A stretch of 64,000 bases of DNA. Origin: Patellaria atrata CBS 101060 (lineage: Eukaryota). Under the pieces are notes generated by a model. It was given only the letters and a program-made list of their open reading frames with translations. It did not search any database and was not told the origin of the DNA. Below are positions 1-12,865 of this stretch, in pieces; the stretch's first letter is position 1; every line of letters begins with the position of its first letter. A program made the translations under genes and the position numbers. Where the stretch lies: NCBI GenBank assembly GCA_010093705.1, contig MU006091.1, positions 1,488,001 to 1,552,000 on the forward strand, in the 5' to 3' direction.

Positions 1-408
1 TAGAGGAAGAGCGGTGGATATGATCTTGTTAGATGCTCGAGGAACGTCAGTACACGAATTATTGTAGAGGAGTGGAATGCGGAACGTGATGGGGTTTGGG
101 GTAAACAACTAGCTATTTTGAAAGGATAGCTCTCCGGCTTAACGGAAATAAGATTAGTGCACACAGGAATACGAGTGTATGATTTTGGGGCTTAAATAGT
201 CGCCTTGGACTACTTAATAAGGGAATGCCTACCTGGTAGAAGTGAGGTATGCTCAAAAACACACAATAACCCCCCCCCCCGAAAGCCGTAAACCTAAACT
301 CCATTTCAAATGCTGGGGTATCCATATCATTTTTCACACCCGAAAGCTCTAAATTTCCATCTTTCCTTTTACTCCAACCTCATCTCCAACGGTTCAGGCG
401 ACTCCATC

Positions 409-952
409 TTAATCACCACTAGCACATCCCCTACACCCACAACTTACACACTGGATGTCCTTCCCATCCCCGACTTGATTCCTAGGAACTCGACAGATGC
501 AAGTAGCGTTAAAGTTCGTCTCCTTAGTCTGGATACACCGCACGCAGCAGAGCTTCTCATACCCCTGCTTTTTCCACTTCGCGATAAGATTTGCGTCGGC
601 GTAGTTGTTCTTCAGGAGCCAGTCGTAAAGCTGTTTACTAATCGCCTCACGCTCGTAGTAGAGATCATATATATATCTTGAGCCTAGAGGGAGATAAAGG
701 TTACTTTGAGGTCGTATATGGGGGGTTTCAGAGATAATGCGAAGATTTAGGTTGGATATGGGATGTTGATGGCTTACGTTGGTGTGTTATTTGCATGATC
801 GGCCATAGCATTTCATGTCGTTTCTTGCCCTCGTGAGATTCGTTCTGTGCATCCTTCATCTTGTTTGCGAATTCAAGCAGTGTGTCTTCGATGTCTTCGA
901 AGCCTTCGGGAGGCGGTTTACGGGATCCACGGGCAGTACGGACGGCAGGCAT
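409..952 (-). CDS. BUD31: Pre-mRNA splicing factor Bud31/Cwc14 (G10 family), 2 exons
   Basis: Exon 1 reads [25 protein letters not shown]...QITHQ. Intron ~684-777 is GTAAGC..TAG. Exon 2 reads [10 protein letters not shown]...[16 protein letters not shown]...CICRVP...[13 protein letters not shown]. Confidence 0.97.
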
Positions 953-1212
953 GGTTGGAAATGCGTAAATAGATAGAGAATGGAAGCGATATGGTAGTGT
1001 AAAAGCTTATAAAGCGTTTGGAGGCGTTTAGATGGGTGAGGCGTTGGTTTTATAAAATGTATAGTGGTCTTTCACTGGACGAAGTGATGTTCTTTGATCT
1101 CGGGGGTTCCGGAGTATTCTCTCAGAATTCCTCCGTATCACTTTGCTACCGTCTAATATCTAACCTACATCGACGACCTCCGCAACCCATGTGAACGACG
1201 CAGGCCGCAACA

Positions 1213-1852
1213 ATGGTGATAAACCCGACCTATCTGGCGCAGAGGACGCGTACTTGTGAGTTTTTGAGCTTCACATATCTGGGTTGCCTCTAATAAGCTT
1301 CCAGCCGTCAATTGGAACGATGCGAAACGACGAGTGATACATTCATACCGAGATTGGCTTCGATCTGTCCGTTTACCTCTCCCTTTATTTTCTACGACCT
1401 AAAATATTCGAAGCATAGTGGATACCGCGATATATGATTTAGCTAATTTGGCGGTTTTCCTAGGCACCCGAAATTCAAACCATGTACTCCCTCAATATGC
1501 CGGTATCACGGTTACGGACGAAAATGCGGCAAGAGTTCGAGAGGCATAGATATGTCAGTCAGTTGAAGACAGTGGATGTGCTCCTCATGCACTCGCATAT
1601 GGAGTTTCAGGTATGTGTGAATACTGAATGGATATTGGGTAGTCGTATTGGAAGTGCTGACAATGCCGATGCGATAGGAAACTCTAAATTTCTGGAAACA
1701 ATTGACACATGTGCTGAAGTATTTCCGAGCGGAGGAAGATCCGAATGCTAGGTTGCCAACTAGCTTCATGAATGGCTTTTTGGAGGTATGTGCATTTGGT
1801 GACTTCGAATTTTTGAGTATTACCCTAATCAGCAATATAGGGCCGAAATTGA
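1213..1852 (+). CDS. NDUFA6: NADH:ubiquinone oxidoreductase 14.8 kDa/B14 subunit (NDUFA6, LYR family), multi-exon
   Basis: Spliced product [65 protein letters not shown]...ETLNFWKQLTHVLKYFRAEEDPNARLPTSFMNGFLEGRN*; four short introns. Confidence 0.95.
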
Positions 1853-1991
1853 GAGACTCTATCCTGTCTACTGTACATATGCGAATGAAATGGAATTGAA
1901 CCAAATACATAAGCGTCTTTCACTCCTGCTTTGCACGTACTTCGAACTCAAATGATCGCTAAACGCCTGTCATGCAATGTTCTGGATATCT

Positions 1992-2546
1992 TCAGTTTCG
2001 TTGCGAGTTGAAATTGTTTCTGGAAATTGTGAACTTCTCAGTGACTACGTCGCATAGATCCATTAAATCGTCTAATCCTTTCTCTAAGACCTCATAGACA
2101 TCTGCGCCATCTGCTCGTATGCATTAGTAGAAGTCCACTTCAAGACACGGTGAACTGACCATATGTTTGAATTCTCAGGTTCATCTTTTCCTCGGAGTGA
2201 TGTGGGATAGTATAGCCACAGAATTCTACGACCGGGCTGTGACTGATTAGTTCTCGTTCCTTTTACCATCTGGGGATTGTACTTTTTCACGATAACATAT
2301 CGCAGCGCATTGCCCAGTGTGTGATCCTCCTTGTCGAATTGGAATGATGCTGCATCTGGTTGCGCTCCATCTAGCTAGTACATGTCAGTTTGGGATACTA
2401 TGGAGAACGCATAGTGCACCTACCACTCGAATTCGGGAGGGCTCTTGGTCTTCCTCGTTGTCTCCGGTGGCCGGATTGGTGGCCTCATGTTCTTGCTCTT
2501 GCGGAGGCGCATCTGGCATATCCCGATCTGTCATTTGGGACGGCAT
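1992..2546 (-). CDS. RPC19: RNA polymerase I/III subunit AC19 (RPAC2), 4 exons
   Basis: Spliced motifs [42 protein letters not shown] and [16 protein letters not shown]; start taken at [10 protein letters not shown]. Confidence 0.93.
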
Positions 2547-2809
2547 AATGGAACTCTGTGGGTCACCAGGCTCGATCGGAGGCGGGATACCATCCAGCGG
2601 GAACTCACTTCTGATCGAGAGAAGGAGGAACTTTTGGAGGATGTCGTTCTTCACGTATTTAGCCATTATTCAAATATCCTTCGTACAGTTTAATCGAGGA
2701 ACTTACTGTGTATAAAAATTTGTTTATAATATTCTAGTAGTTCTCTGTGCAAACGGTTTCTCGAGCGTCCACTTTAGGAAGCCGTTCTCCGAAAAAAAAG
2801 TTTGGAGCC

Positions 2810-2816
2810 TGACTCA
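2810..2816 (+). promoter_or_regulatory. Gcn4/CPC-1 (cross-pathway control) site TGACTCA upstream of HIS3
   Basis: Perfect TGACTCA ~240 bp upstream of the HIS3 ATG, and a second TGACTC at 2990-2995. HIS3 is a classic Gcn4 target. Confidence 0.6.
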
Positions 2817-3053
2817 GCGATCGCAACGAAAGGATGTCGACGTCCATAAGGTACAGTATAGATCCACTTCCAGACAAACAATATATTATTTCGCAGGAAT
2901 TATCACTCAATCTCAGACTCCAACTATAGAAATATACTTTTGACGAGATCCTCTTATTCATCCTCATCCATCACAACCACCTATACTTTTGACTCCACAG
3001 ACTCATACCCCCCTCCTTCTATCCTTTACAACCCCAATTGAACGTCTATCATA

Positions 3054-3339
3054 ATGGCAGACCGTATAAGAAGCGCAACAATCAATCGCGACACAAATGA
3101 GACCAAAATCCAACTAAGTCTCTGCCTCGACGGCGGTTCCTTAGAAACAGCGACAGACGATACTAGCAAAAGCCACGCAGCACAGAGATCAAAATCGCAA
3201 GAGATAGACATCGACACCGGCATAGGATTCCTCGACCACATGCTCCACGCATTATCTAAACATGCAGGATGGTCACTAAGGCTACGGTGTCGAGGAGATC
3301 TCCACAGTACGTCTCCCAAGGCCTTCCACGCCTATCCCG

Positions 3340-3372
<33 letters not shown>

Positions 3373-3811
3373 GGCATCCCATACTGACGGGCGAATCACA
3401 GTTGACGACCACCATACAGCCGAAGACACCTTCATCGCGCTAGGTCAAGCCTTCAAATCCGCCCTCGGCAGCTCTACCGGCCTCGCCCGTTTCGGCAGCG
3501 CCTACTGTCCGCTCGACGAAGCCCTCTCCCGCGCCGTGATCGACCTTTCCAACCGACCATTCAGCGTCATCGATCTCGGGCTAAAGCGCGAGAAGATCGG
3601 CGAACTGAGTACCGAGATGCTGCCGCATTGTTTGCAGAGCTTTGCGCAGGGCGCGGCCGTGACGATGCATGTGGATTGTATAAGGGGGGAGAACGATCAT
3701 CATAGGGCGGAGAGCGCCTTTAAGGCGCTGGCGGTTGCGATAAGGCAGGCGACGACGAGGGTGAAGGGGCGGGAGGGCGAGGAACCGAGTACGAAGGGGG
3801 TGTTGTATTAG
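3054..3811 (+). CDS. HIS3: Imidazoleglycerol-phosphate dehydratase, 2 exons
   Basis: Motifs [22 protein letters not shown](I)[46 protein letters not shown]; intron 3307-3401. Confidence 0.98.
3340..3370. repeat. Poly-C homopolymer (~31 nt) inside the HIS3 intron
   Basis: Directly visible run of C. Confidence 0.9.
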
Positions 3812-4518
3812 ATGGTGTTGGAATGGGGAAGGGAAACGGAGGTTATGGCGGTCTTGTGTATATAGGGGTTTGGTATTGACGGTTGATGCTAGAATTTATA
3901 TGATAAGTACCCATAGGGCGGGAATATGCTCTTTTAGCCTATCAATCTTTTGCACAGCTGAACCGTTTTCGCTTAGCAACACCATTTCCTCCTTCCAACG
4001 GGAAAATGAGATAAATGTAATCCATCTGGCCTCGTGACGGGCAGAGTAAACCGCATATGGTTAGTTTGTAGATGCCCCTCGCACCCGTACTGAGTGTACA
4101 CCTCTGTAAAATTATGGATGGTAAACAAAATATCTGATACTTAAGAGCTCTATAAGTAGTAAGCTGGAAGACGGAAATCGACTTCAAAGGAATATACACA
4201 GGATAAGTACTGATGACTGCTTATAAGTGTGAATCCGAAATGTGAGCAGTGAAGGTGGACATAATATAAAGTTTGGAAATTGGGACGGACTGGTATTGGT
4301 TGATCTTCATATAACATATGCCTAGAGAGAAGTAAAAGCATGGGATAAAAAACCACGTTGTATCTATTTCAATATTGAAATTATTCATTGATCTTATCTG
4401 ACAAGTCAATGCAAGAAGGTATCCCTATCAAAACACACTACCCCCCGTACTCCAACCTCCCAGAACTCCCGACACTCCGTAAAACGTCAACTGATTGTCC
4501 CTGCTCGCCAAAGCTATA

Positions 4519-6389
4519 CTACATGTGCTTGGAGCCCTCTTGAGCTACCGTAGATTTCTGTACACGCGCTTTCAGATGCTTCGCAAGGTATGCTTTTCCG
4601 GGGGAATTGAAAAAGCCAAGGCACAACGCTACGCCAATGATAGCGTAGAAGTATACGCGGCTCCATACAAGAAGTATGGTTGAGAGTGTGAGGAGGACGA
4701 ATGGAGCTACGGTAAACGCAAAGGCGAGCTGGGTGATGAGGAACGTGGCGATATCGTAGTACCGTTTAGTACTCAGGGGTACCTTTCCATCGGAGGACAT
4801 GAAGAAAGGACGGAATAGCCGGCGGGCCTCTAAATTCGCCAGTCAGTATTTATACAGCCTATGTAATTGGATATATAAATAATAAGAGCGTACCTTTTGC
4901 AACCGTCTGTATAAATGCGGCAAGAATAAAGGCAAAGTAGTACCCTGGATAAAATCCATGCCAGAAAGCACTTGTTACAAATGTTGCCATGCTAGCCGCA
5001 AACCCTGGTTTCTTGCCTTTGGGTGTGACACGGAGGTAGACATAGTTACGTAGCCAAAGGTTCGTATTGATATTCCAGTATCCAAGAAAGTCATGAGAAT
5101 TTTGGGCTAGCTCTATATGCATGGGCTTGACGTTCCGTAATCTGTCCCATCTCCATCTCTTAGATTTTGGGTCGAGACCATTGAAGCCGATACCGGAGAG
5201 AATGCAAGAGCCTTCTGTAAGAGACCAGACCCCATAGTATTTCATACGCGTGGTTATGCCAAGCATATACAACTGGAAGACGCGGCGGAAAAAGCCATAC
5301 TTCATATATTCGTTACTGGCGTAATAAGTAGGATAATATTTGGCCGAAAACTTCACGAAGAGAAAGATCCATATGAGTCCCTGAATAGCCTTGTATGTTG
5401 CCGGTGTACCACTACGTGGGATCCTCCGGAGCTTTCGTGTAGGCGGCTTTACCTGCTGGTCTGAATTGGTTGGTGAGTCAAACATTGTGGTGGAAATATA
5501 GCGAGCGTAATCAGCATAATCGAAGGCAGGTCCAGCGAAGAGCGATGGGAAAAAGAGCTACAGGTATAGTTAGAGAATGTGATAGAAATGCGTATTATCC
5601 AACATACTACATAACCTGCAAAGTCAAGAAGTGGAGGCAGTTTACGAAGAGCTCGTTCCTTTTGAAGATCCGTAAGGGCCGCTTCGGAAAGAGCACCGTC
5701 ATGAACATTCCAGCAGAATGCAGAGAGCTGATATCGTTAGCCAGGGTGCATATTTGCACGAAATAGTCATATACCTTCATAATCAGCACCATCTGGGCAC
5801 CTATAGCCTGTTATTAGCTTCTGATTTGGACATCTTGAGACAGGAAACTTGCCTGTAATATCTACTAAGCCCGGGTCATTGACGTACATTCGATGGATAT
5901 GATTCACGGACATATGGCCCATCAAGAAGACGAAAGCAATCCATGGCATGAAGGGTCCTTGAATGAATGTAGCAATGGCATAAGCGCCAGCAGAACTAAT
6001 AAACAAAGTGCGCAAGCCATCCCAAAGATCGAAAAGCCCGACGAGATAGAAAAGTGATACCCTGGCGGAGAGTTAATAAGCTCTTCTGATGAATGGAACA
6101 AGAAACTAACGCAATGATATATGAATTCTTCTGCCAAGGTCTACTGTCTGGGATACGTTTAAGGACGCCTGCCAACGGGTATGACAGAAGGAACGAGCCA
6201 ATGAGTTTCACTTTCGAATGTCAAAATCTAACCAAAGTCTTTCGAGTTGAGTTTGGGCTTCATACGCTCGTCTGGTGATGCTCCGATGATGTTCGCTAGG
6301 TAGAGGAAAGCTGTCAAGGCAACATTAGCTCTTATTCGCATTGAGTATCAATTTAGCCTGGTCTTACGAGTGTTGATGTAGGGCAACAT
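4519..6389 (-). CDS. ALE1: MBOAT lysophospholipid acyltransferase (Ale1), multi-exon
   Basis: MLPYIN start; DITGAQMVLIMK; KYYGVWSLTEGSCILSGIGFNG; WNINTNLWLRNYVYLRVTPKGKKPGF; TFVTSAFWHGFYPGYY. The 3' end is slightly uncertain. Confidence 0.95.
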
Positions 6390-6823
6390 CTTGAGAATAC
6401 GATTTCGATAATAATATTGCAAGGAAACTCGTACGGTAAGGAATGGGAGAAATCAAGCTCATGGGGCGTGGGGATGGAGCTGAAGCAAGGTGGACAGTGA
6501 ATCAGATGAGAGGGAATAGGTTGAGAGCGCCTCTGCGAAGAGATCAAACAGGCTCGAAAAAAAAATGCATACTGCAGAATGCATCATGGGATCGGGAGTA
6601 AAGTGACATTTGGTGGTTTTGACGATCTCACGGAGCTACAGCTGCTGTGACGTCTTTTCCACATCGGCAAGGGTCCAATGCGACCATGGCCAATTTCTTC
6701 GAATCAACGATCAAATTGACCGCATGCACCAGACAAGCGCCGAATATATTCATCAACCTCGGAATCGCTTTCGCGCTGAAGGTTCAAGTGGAACCAACAT
6801 CCTGAGAAAAACTATTACCCGTC

Positions 6824-8377
6824 ATGTCCTCTCTATACAATCTCGAGCCACAACCTACAGCTAAAGTTCTCCTCAAAACGACCGCTGGTGATATCCTTTT
6901 TGAGCTCTTCGCACAACAAACACCCCTCACTTCGCGAAATTTTATCCAATTATGCCTCGATGGATACTACGACAATACAATCTTCCATCGGCTGGTCCCT
7001 GGTTTCATCCTTCAGGGTGGAGATCCTACGGGGACTGGTCATGGGGGTGAGAGTATATATGGCGAACCCTTCTCAGACGAAATTCACAACAGATTGAAAT
7101 TCAACAGAAGAGGTCTGCTGGGTATGGCAAATAGTGGCGAGAAGAATGATAACGGCAGCCAATTCTTCATCACCCTAGGGAGCACTCCCGAACTCACCGG
7201 CAAAAATACAATGTTTGGGCGGATAGAAGGGGAGACAATTTACAATGTGATGCAGATGGCGGAAGCTGAACTTGCAGAGGAAGGAGGTGATAGACCGTTA
7301 TATCCCGCTCGTATTATAGGAACTGAAATCTTGGTCAACTATTTCAAAGACATGATCAAGAGAGACATGGTGGCAAGATCCATAACGGAGGAGGCAACGG
7401 GTTTTTCACAGAAGAAGAAGACTAAGAGAAAAGCTGGCAAAGCACTTCTTAGTTTTGGTGGAGACGAAGGTGATGAGGTAGATGCAGCTCCTGTCATCAA
7501 AAAGCCCAAATTCAATCCAAAACTTGTTGCCACTCCGGAGCAAGATGAGGATTTCCGCAATCCTGTAGTGAGCAAGTCAGTGAAGCCCAAATCCCAAAAA
7601 CTCGGAAGAAAACAACAGTCGCCATCACCCCCTGCGCAAAAACTACCCTTATCCTCGAAGAAAACTGTTTCAGAAGAGCTACCCGTCCGACCCGAATTTG
7701 TTCCAATACGCAAAGCACAAAATCCTTCACGATCACCCTCGTCATCTCCAGAACCAACTAAGTCATCTCAAACCCTCCTAGAGCGTACAAATACTCAAAT
7801 TGCAGAGCTGAAAGCGAGTATGCAACGCAATGTTTCCACGATAATCACACACTCTAAGCGCAAGAAGTCAGCCCTTGAAGCCATGATCCCCGAGACATCC
7901 ATTCGCGGTCGTAAACGGGGACCAGGAGGAAAAGGCTTGAATTCTGCAGATGAGAAACGCACTTTGGATTTGCTTACAGCATTTCGCAATAAGCTCGACG
8001 CTGCACCCCCTGGAATAAAACCTTCGACTGATAGTATGATATCGGACAAACCTTCTGCTCGCAACATGTCGAATGGCAACTCCACTGCCAAACCTGAGGC
8101 AGAGGATGAAGATGAAGCAGCCCTGTGTGATCTACACTTCATCGCAAACTGTCAATCGTGCACAAAATGGGATGAGCCCGGTGGTAAAGAGGTAGAAGAT
8201 GAGGACCAGGGACTGGGTTGGATGAATCATACTCTTACATTTGCGAAGGATAGGCTGGGTAAGGATCTAGAGTGGAAACGTAAGAATGAGGAGGAGCTTG
8301 TGGTTATCGATCCTAGGGAGAAAGCAAAGGAACTGAAAGCGGAGAGAAAGGGTACGCGCGAGGAGCGTAAAATATGA
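6824..8377 (+). CDS. CWC27: Cyclophilin-type spliceosomal protein Cwc27
   Basis: MSSLYNLEPQPTAKV; RNFIQLCLDGYYDNTIFHRLVPGFILQGGDPTGTG.GGES; C-terminal LCDLHFIANCQSC and LVVIDPREK. Confidence 0.97.
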   Translation: MSSLYNLEPQPTAKVLLKTTAGDILFELFAQQTPLTSRNFIQLCLDGYYDNTIFHRLVPGFILQGGDPTGTGHGGESIYGEPFSDEIHNRLKFNRRGLLGMANSGEKNDNGSQFFITLGSTPELTGKNTMFGRIEGETIYNVMQMAEAELAEEGGDRPLYPARIIGTEILVNYFKDMIKRDMVARSITEEATGFSQKKKTKRKAGKALLSFGGDEGDEVDAAPVIKKPKFNPKLVATPEQDEDFRNPVVSKSVKPKSQKLGRKQQSPSPPAQKLPLSSKKTVSEELPVRPEFVPIRKAQNPSRSPSSSPEPTKSSQTLLERTNTQIAELKASMQRNVSTIITHSKRKKSALEAMIPETSIRGRKRGPGGKGLNSADEKRTLDLLTAFRNKLDAAPPGIKPSTDSMISDKPSARNMSNGNSTAKPEAEDEDEAALCDLHFIANCQSCTKWDEPGGKEVEDEDQGLGWMNHTLTFAKDRLGKDLEWKRKNEEELVVIDPREKAKELKAERKGTREERKI

Positions 8378-8499
8378 TGGTGAAGTCTATAATATCTGAG
8401 CTTGCTTCTTATTTTTAGCTCATGTGAAGGAAACTCAGTGATTTCGGAAAGACTATTCCGCCACCATACTGAATCCTATGTACCTTTTGAATAATAGCA

Positions 8500-10541
8500 T
8501 TTTGTCGCCTTTGAAATGCTCTCTTTGTGTGAATTTCAGTCGCGAATACGGGATAATTGTATGCCACTGGGTGAGCCGTACTGTTTCACGACTGAAACGG
8601 TTCCATACGATCTCTTCAGCCCTACTGATTTAGTACCGTTCCGTTATTGTGCAACATCGGATGCGTCATCCGTTTGGGAATAATCTGGTCCACAACTGCC
8701 TCGCTAATCGATGGTATGGATCCGACGGGACGGCTCGCTGGCTCCTTGGCCTGCCAAACACTGTTTCGACCTCATTATACCTCCTTTTCACTGTAAACTC
8801 TCTTCCATAGGCACAATCTGGATGTGTATTAAACTATGCACGCTCTTGATAGTATTCTCCACGTATATCTCTTCACTCTGTCTCTATCCCATCAACTCTG
8901 TGGATCCGACACAAACAGTCGTCTAAAGGCGTGCCGGTGCAGATGCAGAGCGGCGGCAATTTCCTGACAATTTTGCTGTCAGTACTGTGAATTCGGATTT
9001 CATGAGGAACGGTAACTATTATATTCACGCACGCGCTATCTCTGCAACGACAGATATTGGCGTATCACATCGCCTTCCCCTCTCCGCCGCTTGCATCATC
9101 TCGTCGAGCTCTTGGAGGGCCGTAATGACTGGCACCATCGAATCTTCCTCGAGGCCTTCCCCGATCATTGCGACTACTATTCTAGTCGGTTCCTAAGGCA
9201 AAACATGTGTTAGAAAGAGGCTTTCAAAATGAGTATTGATCTTGTACAGTGCGAATTGAATGTTTGAGAGAGACGAGAGCACCGTGCTTTACGGTATGAG
9301 GAAGAGAATGGAGATAGTATAGGGAATGTAGAACCTGTGGTAGTAACAAATTGTAAGACTGAGGTAGAATCTACCTCGCTAGGTTGGGTAGGCTCTACAT
9401 CTGCCTGAAGACGGTGGAATCCTTCGCTGATGTCCCCTGTTATTTCCATTATGTTATGCGGAACTGCTTTTGTTCTTCATTATTAGTCAACGCTAGGTTT
9501 TCGCAATACAAGGAGCTTACTTTTGTATGATGAAGGCTTCAATTTGGACTTGTGGGTTGTGAGTATAGTTGAAGTAAGGCAAGGAGTTTCAGTTTTCTTT
9601 GTGGGAGAGATTTTTGGGTGGCAGCTGCGGCGTTGTTAAGGGCTTCGGTGGACATTGCCGCACAATTGGGATCAGATCCACGCTTTGACTGAAGAAATAA
9701 AGAGGCTTAAGCGCTCGTCGAGTTGTTTAGTTGGTCCTATGTACTGGCCGAAATCAATATACGGAATCTTTAGTTTTGCCATTCTTCTACAGTCTTTGTT
9801 CGTGAAGTTCCGCAACTATTCAGCAATTGCGTCCTCTACAATTATAGGTAGTCTGCTTACATCAATGTCTCTGTCTACGTTGCACGTATGAATTTCGATT
9901 AGGATATTTTCTGTCCCTGGCGTTACTGGTTCTAGTCCTTCCGTAGGTTTATGAGTTTGTATAATTACAGAGCGGCGCAAAGGCGTGGTCTGGTTTGGGC
10001 TTGTGGTGAACAGGACTTGGACAAAAGGCGACGCACTTTGAAATGGGTGATTTACTGTTACCTTCGAAAACTCTACTCTGTTGTTGAAGTGTCTGGCCTG
10101 ATATACAAGATTGAAACTGGTGTTGCTACTGAAGTGATATCTGTTCATTCTACATTGTAACTTGATGAGGATATACGCCGTTCGGGAGAACTGGTTCTGC
10201 TCGTAGATGATGACCGAAATAGATAAAATTCCTAGTATAGATACGAGAATAGGAATAAATCTTGCTATACATATCGGATGCTTTAAGAGAACGTCCTAGA
10301 CTAGACTCTGATTTTAGAATGGGGCTTGGGATCACATAAGTGTCAACTGTCCTCACGTTGCTACGGACTTTGGGAGAGCTACTCCGGCCGTTGATGGTGG
10401 TGACGGTCTGGATGACGAGGATTTACGAGGCACCGTAACGCTTGCGTGCGGATAGTATTGATGAGTTCTATACAGATGAGACATATAAGAAAGACATCTG
10501 TAAATTAGGAATGCTGCAGTAGCTGCGCTGCTAGGAGACAT
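8500..10541 (-). pseudogene. Decayed gene of unknown function (S/T/P-rich fragments)
   Basis: Chain of protein-like minus-strand ORF fragments (10353-10541, 10150-10356, 9816-10148, 9210-9449) broken by stops and frameshifts. No recognisable domain; boundaries approximate. Confidence 0.35.
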
Positions 10542-10550
10542 CGTAAAACC

Positions 10551-11099
10551 TGTCGTGGGCGCTGATTTCCACGCTCCACAGCGGTGCTGGACAACAAATC
10601 CATCGCGTTATGATCAACCCAGTTCCGAATCTTGATAGTATCTCTGACCTACATAGTCTACTACCCTAACTGATGCTATACATCTAATATCTTAAGCTCA
10701 ACAAGCGCTGCGCTCGCCATTCTAGCCCTCATTCACCCACACCGCTGTCTCGAGCCTTCTCCCAGCAATCCCAACGCTCGGGCCAAATGCCACTGCATAC
10801 CCCCTCGACCCCCCCTTTCTCAGCGCCACAAGCCGTCTTCCAACCTCCTTAACCCCCCCAAAAGCTTCCTCTCTAGCCACAAGACGCCCTCACTGACTAG
10901 TAGTCGAATTCCTTCTTGGGTTAGAGCCCTCGCTTCTCCGGTTAGTGTGCAGGCTCAGGTATATAAACTCCTCTTCTCCTACTCTCCTTCTCTTCTTTTT
11001 TCTTTCTCCTTATCTCATTTCTCATTGTTGCAATAAATCGTTCGCTGGTCGCATCTAACACTTCTCCATGTGTATGGTGCTAGCCTCAACGTCGCGACC
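10551..11099 (+). mobile_element. Probable solo LTR (~550 bp)
   Basis: Begins TGTCGTG and ends CGCGAC(C), an imperfect terminal inverted match. Contains TATATAAA (10960-10967), a pyrimidine tract and AATAAA (11032-11037) in U3-R order. No clear TSD. Confidence 0.5.
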
Positions 11100-11161
11100 C
11101 CCCTGCACCTTTTCTTTTGTCTTGCTTTGTGAGTTGTGGTCTCTCTTGTTGGCTCAAACTA

Positions 11162-11236
11162 TCATATCTCTCACATGAGTTAGTGATAAGTTTTTTCGTC
11201 ATATCTCTCACATGAGTTCGTGACATATTTTTTTTT
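11162..11236 (+). repeat. Two ~37-bp tandem direct repeats (TCATATCTCTCACATGAGTT.GTGA..)
   Basis: The first 20 nt are identical in both copies. Confidence 0.85.
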
Positions 11237-11289
11237 CATCATCCTTGTCACTCTAGTGGCGGTCTGAAGAAAGAAACTTGTACAATCTT

Positions 11290-12865
11290 TGAATCTACTT
11301 CGATACTTCCATGCTTCATATTAGTCAATTGCAAAGATGTTTAGGAAGTCTACTATATGCCCTGTCGTGCTATGCTCTCTTGTGATATTCCATCTATGTA
11401 TGCTAAGTCCCCTTAATACTGTGATGTAATATTGTTACCAAATTGCTGTAAAATCGCGTCTACCGTGCGCCTAGGATGGTCGAAATGCGGTGGGAGACAT
11501 AATGTTTTGCGAAGTGTTTAGATTTTGCGGAGCTCCGGGGAGAGTATGGGCCCGTGAGGGGCATGGTGTTGAGCATCTCGGATTTGGGGGCGCAGTTATA
11601 ACGTTCAATCCTCTTGAACTGTGTCTTAAAAGAAAGAGAATCTCAAGTTTTTCTATGTGTCCTAAACATTATATAATTCAATCATGGCCGTGTTGTGGAA
11701 AGTGCCTCAAATGTGCGATACTTCCTCAGGTGGAGAACAAAACTTCGACTTTCTGGCCCGCTACAGCAACAGAGGACTTTAGCGTAACCCTTTAAACTTA
11801 TGAAGAACTTTCTGTCGTCTACAGATTGAATTTGACGGGCATATGAACTGTATGCAGCATACTAAGAATTTCTAGTCGTATGGACTATACTCTAAGCTAT
11901 CTCGTAAAGTGACAGTTCTACTTCAAAATATCTACCAAATCTAAACCATCCTCTAGACTCCATCAAATTTTTGTTCATTTCACTAAGTTTGAAGTTATAC
12001 GACTTTTACGCTATCCCAATACTTTGAAGTGATTAGAGCAACTTTTTTGACCTCGAGGCTGACAAGCGAGAACAGCATCATCGCTCTTCGTCTAAACACA
12101 GCATAACTTTCTTAAAACCTTCCTACATTTTTTAAGTACTCACTACTATGACGAGAAATACTACATCCGCAGTAGACCAACAAGGTGCTTCACCGAGAGA
12201 TTCTAAACCTTGATTAGCTCATACAAGAGTTATTTTGTCCTTTCATTCCTTCGACAAAGTCATATATACAAATCGCACAGATATGGAGCAGAAGGAATGA
12301 TATTTTTCCAATAAAGACTACTCAAGAACGAATTATCCGCGAAGACCGCCGATTTTCCTTCATCCAAGTACCATACTAGCTCCACATTCCATATCTTCCT
12401 CCTAGAACACTACGAGACTCCGTAAACTCCACGCGAAACCGAAGAAGTTTATCCATCAAACGCCTGTTTTGAAACTAGCCCGCAGTTCTAAATCTTAATA
12501 CTGTGCTGGCGTACCCACTATTTCTCCAATTCATTCAAAAACTGACGCAAAATAGGTAGGGCAAATACCACAAAGTGTGCAATGAGGACCCCGACATAAT
12601 TCTCTACCCACGCAAGAATATACATCACAAATTGATGAAAAAAATAGTTATGTAGGGGCGGTGTATGAAGGCCAAGAAGAACAAGGAGGACGCGTAACAG
12701 CCGCTGCTGGACGTTTTGGGCCTATGGATTAGGCGGAAGGTGGGGAGGGTGGAGAAGGGGTAGATGAGTCTTACTGATGAGAAATATGTCTATTAGTCTA
12801 ACGGTGCAAAAGAGAAGCATAGTTATCGAACGGGCGACTTACTTGGAATCGAAAAGATTATCCAT
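11290..12865 (-). pseudogene. Decayed intron-containing gene of unknown function
   Basis: ATG GAT AAT CTT TTC GAT TCC AA|GTAAGT..CTAATAG|short exon|GTAAGA..CTAATCCATAG. The two canonical introns survive but the downstream frames are riddled with stops. The 3' end is approximate. Confidence 0.45.

Noticed and set aside
3054..3443. Apparent frameshift or poly-proline insertion in HIS3
   Set aside because: The poly-C run lies inside a canonical intron (3307-3401).
4519..4521. Premature stop or readthrough at the ALE1 C-terminus (frame stays open for ~26 more codons)
   Set aside because: All MBOAT motifs lie upstream, the C-terminus is variable, and there is no evidence for readthrough.
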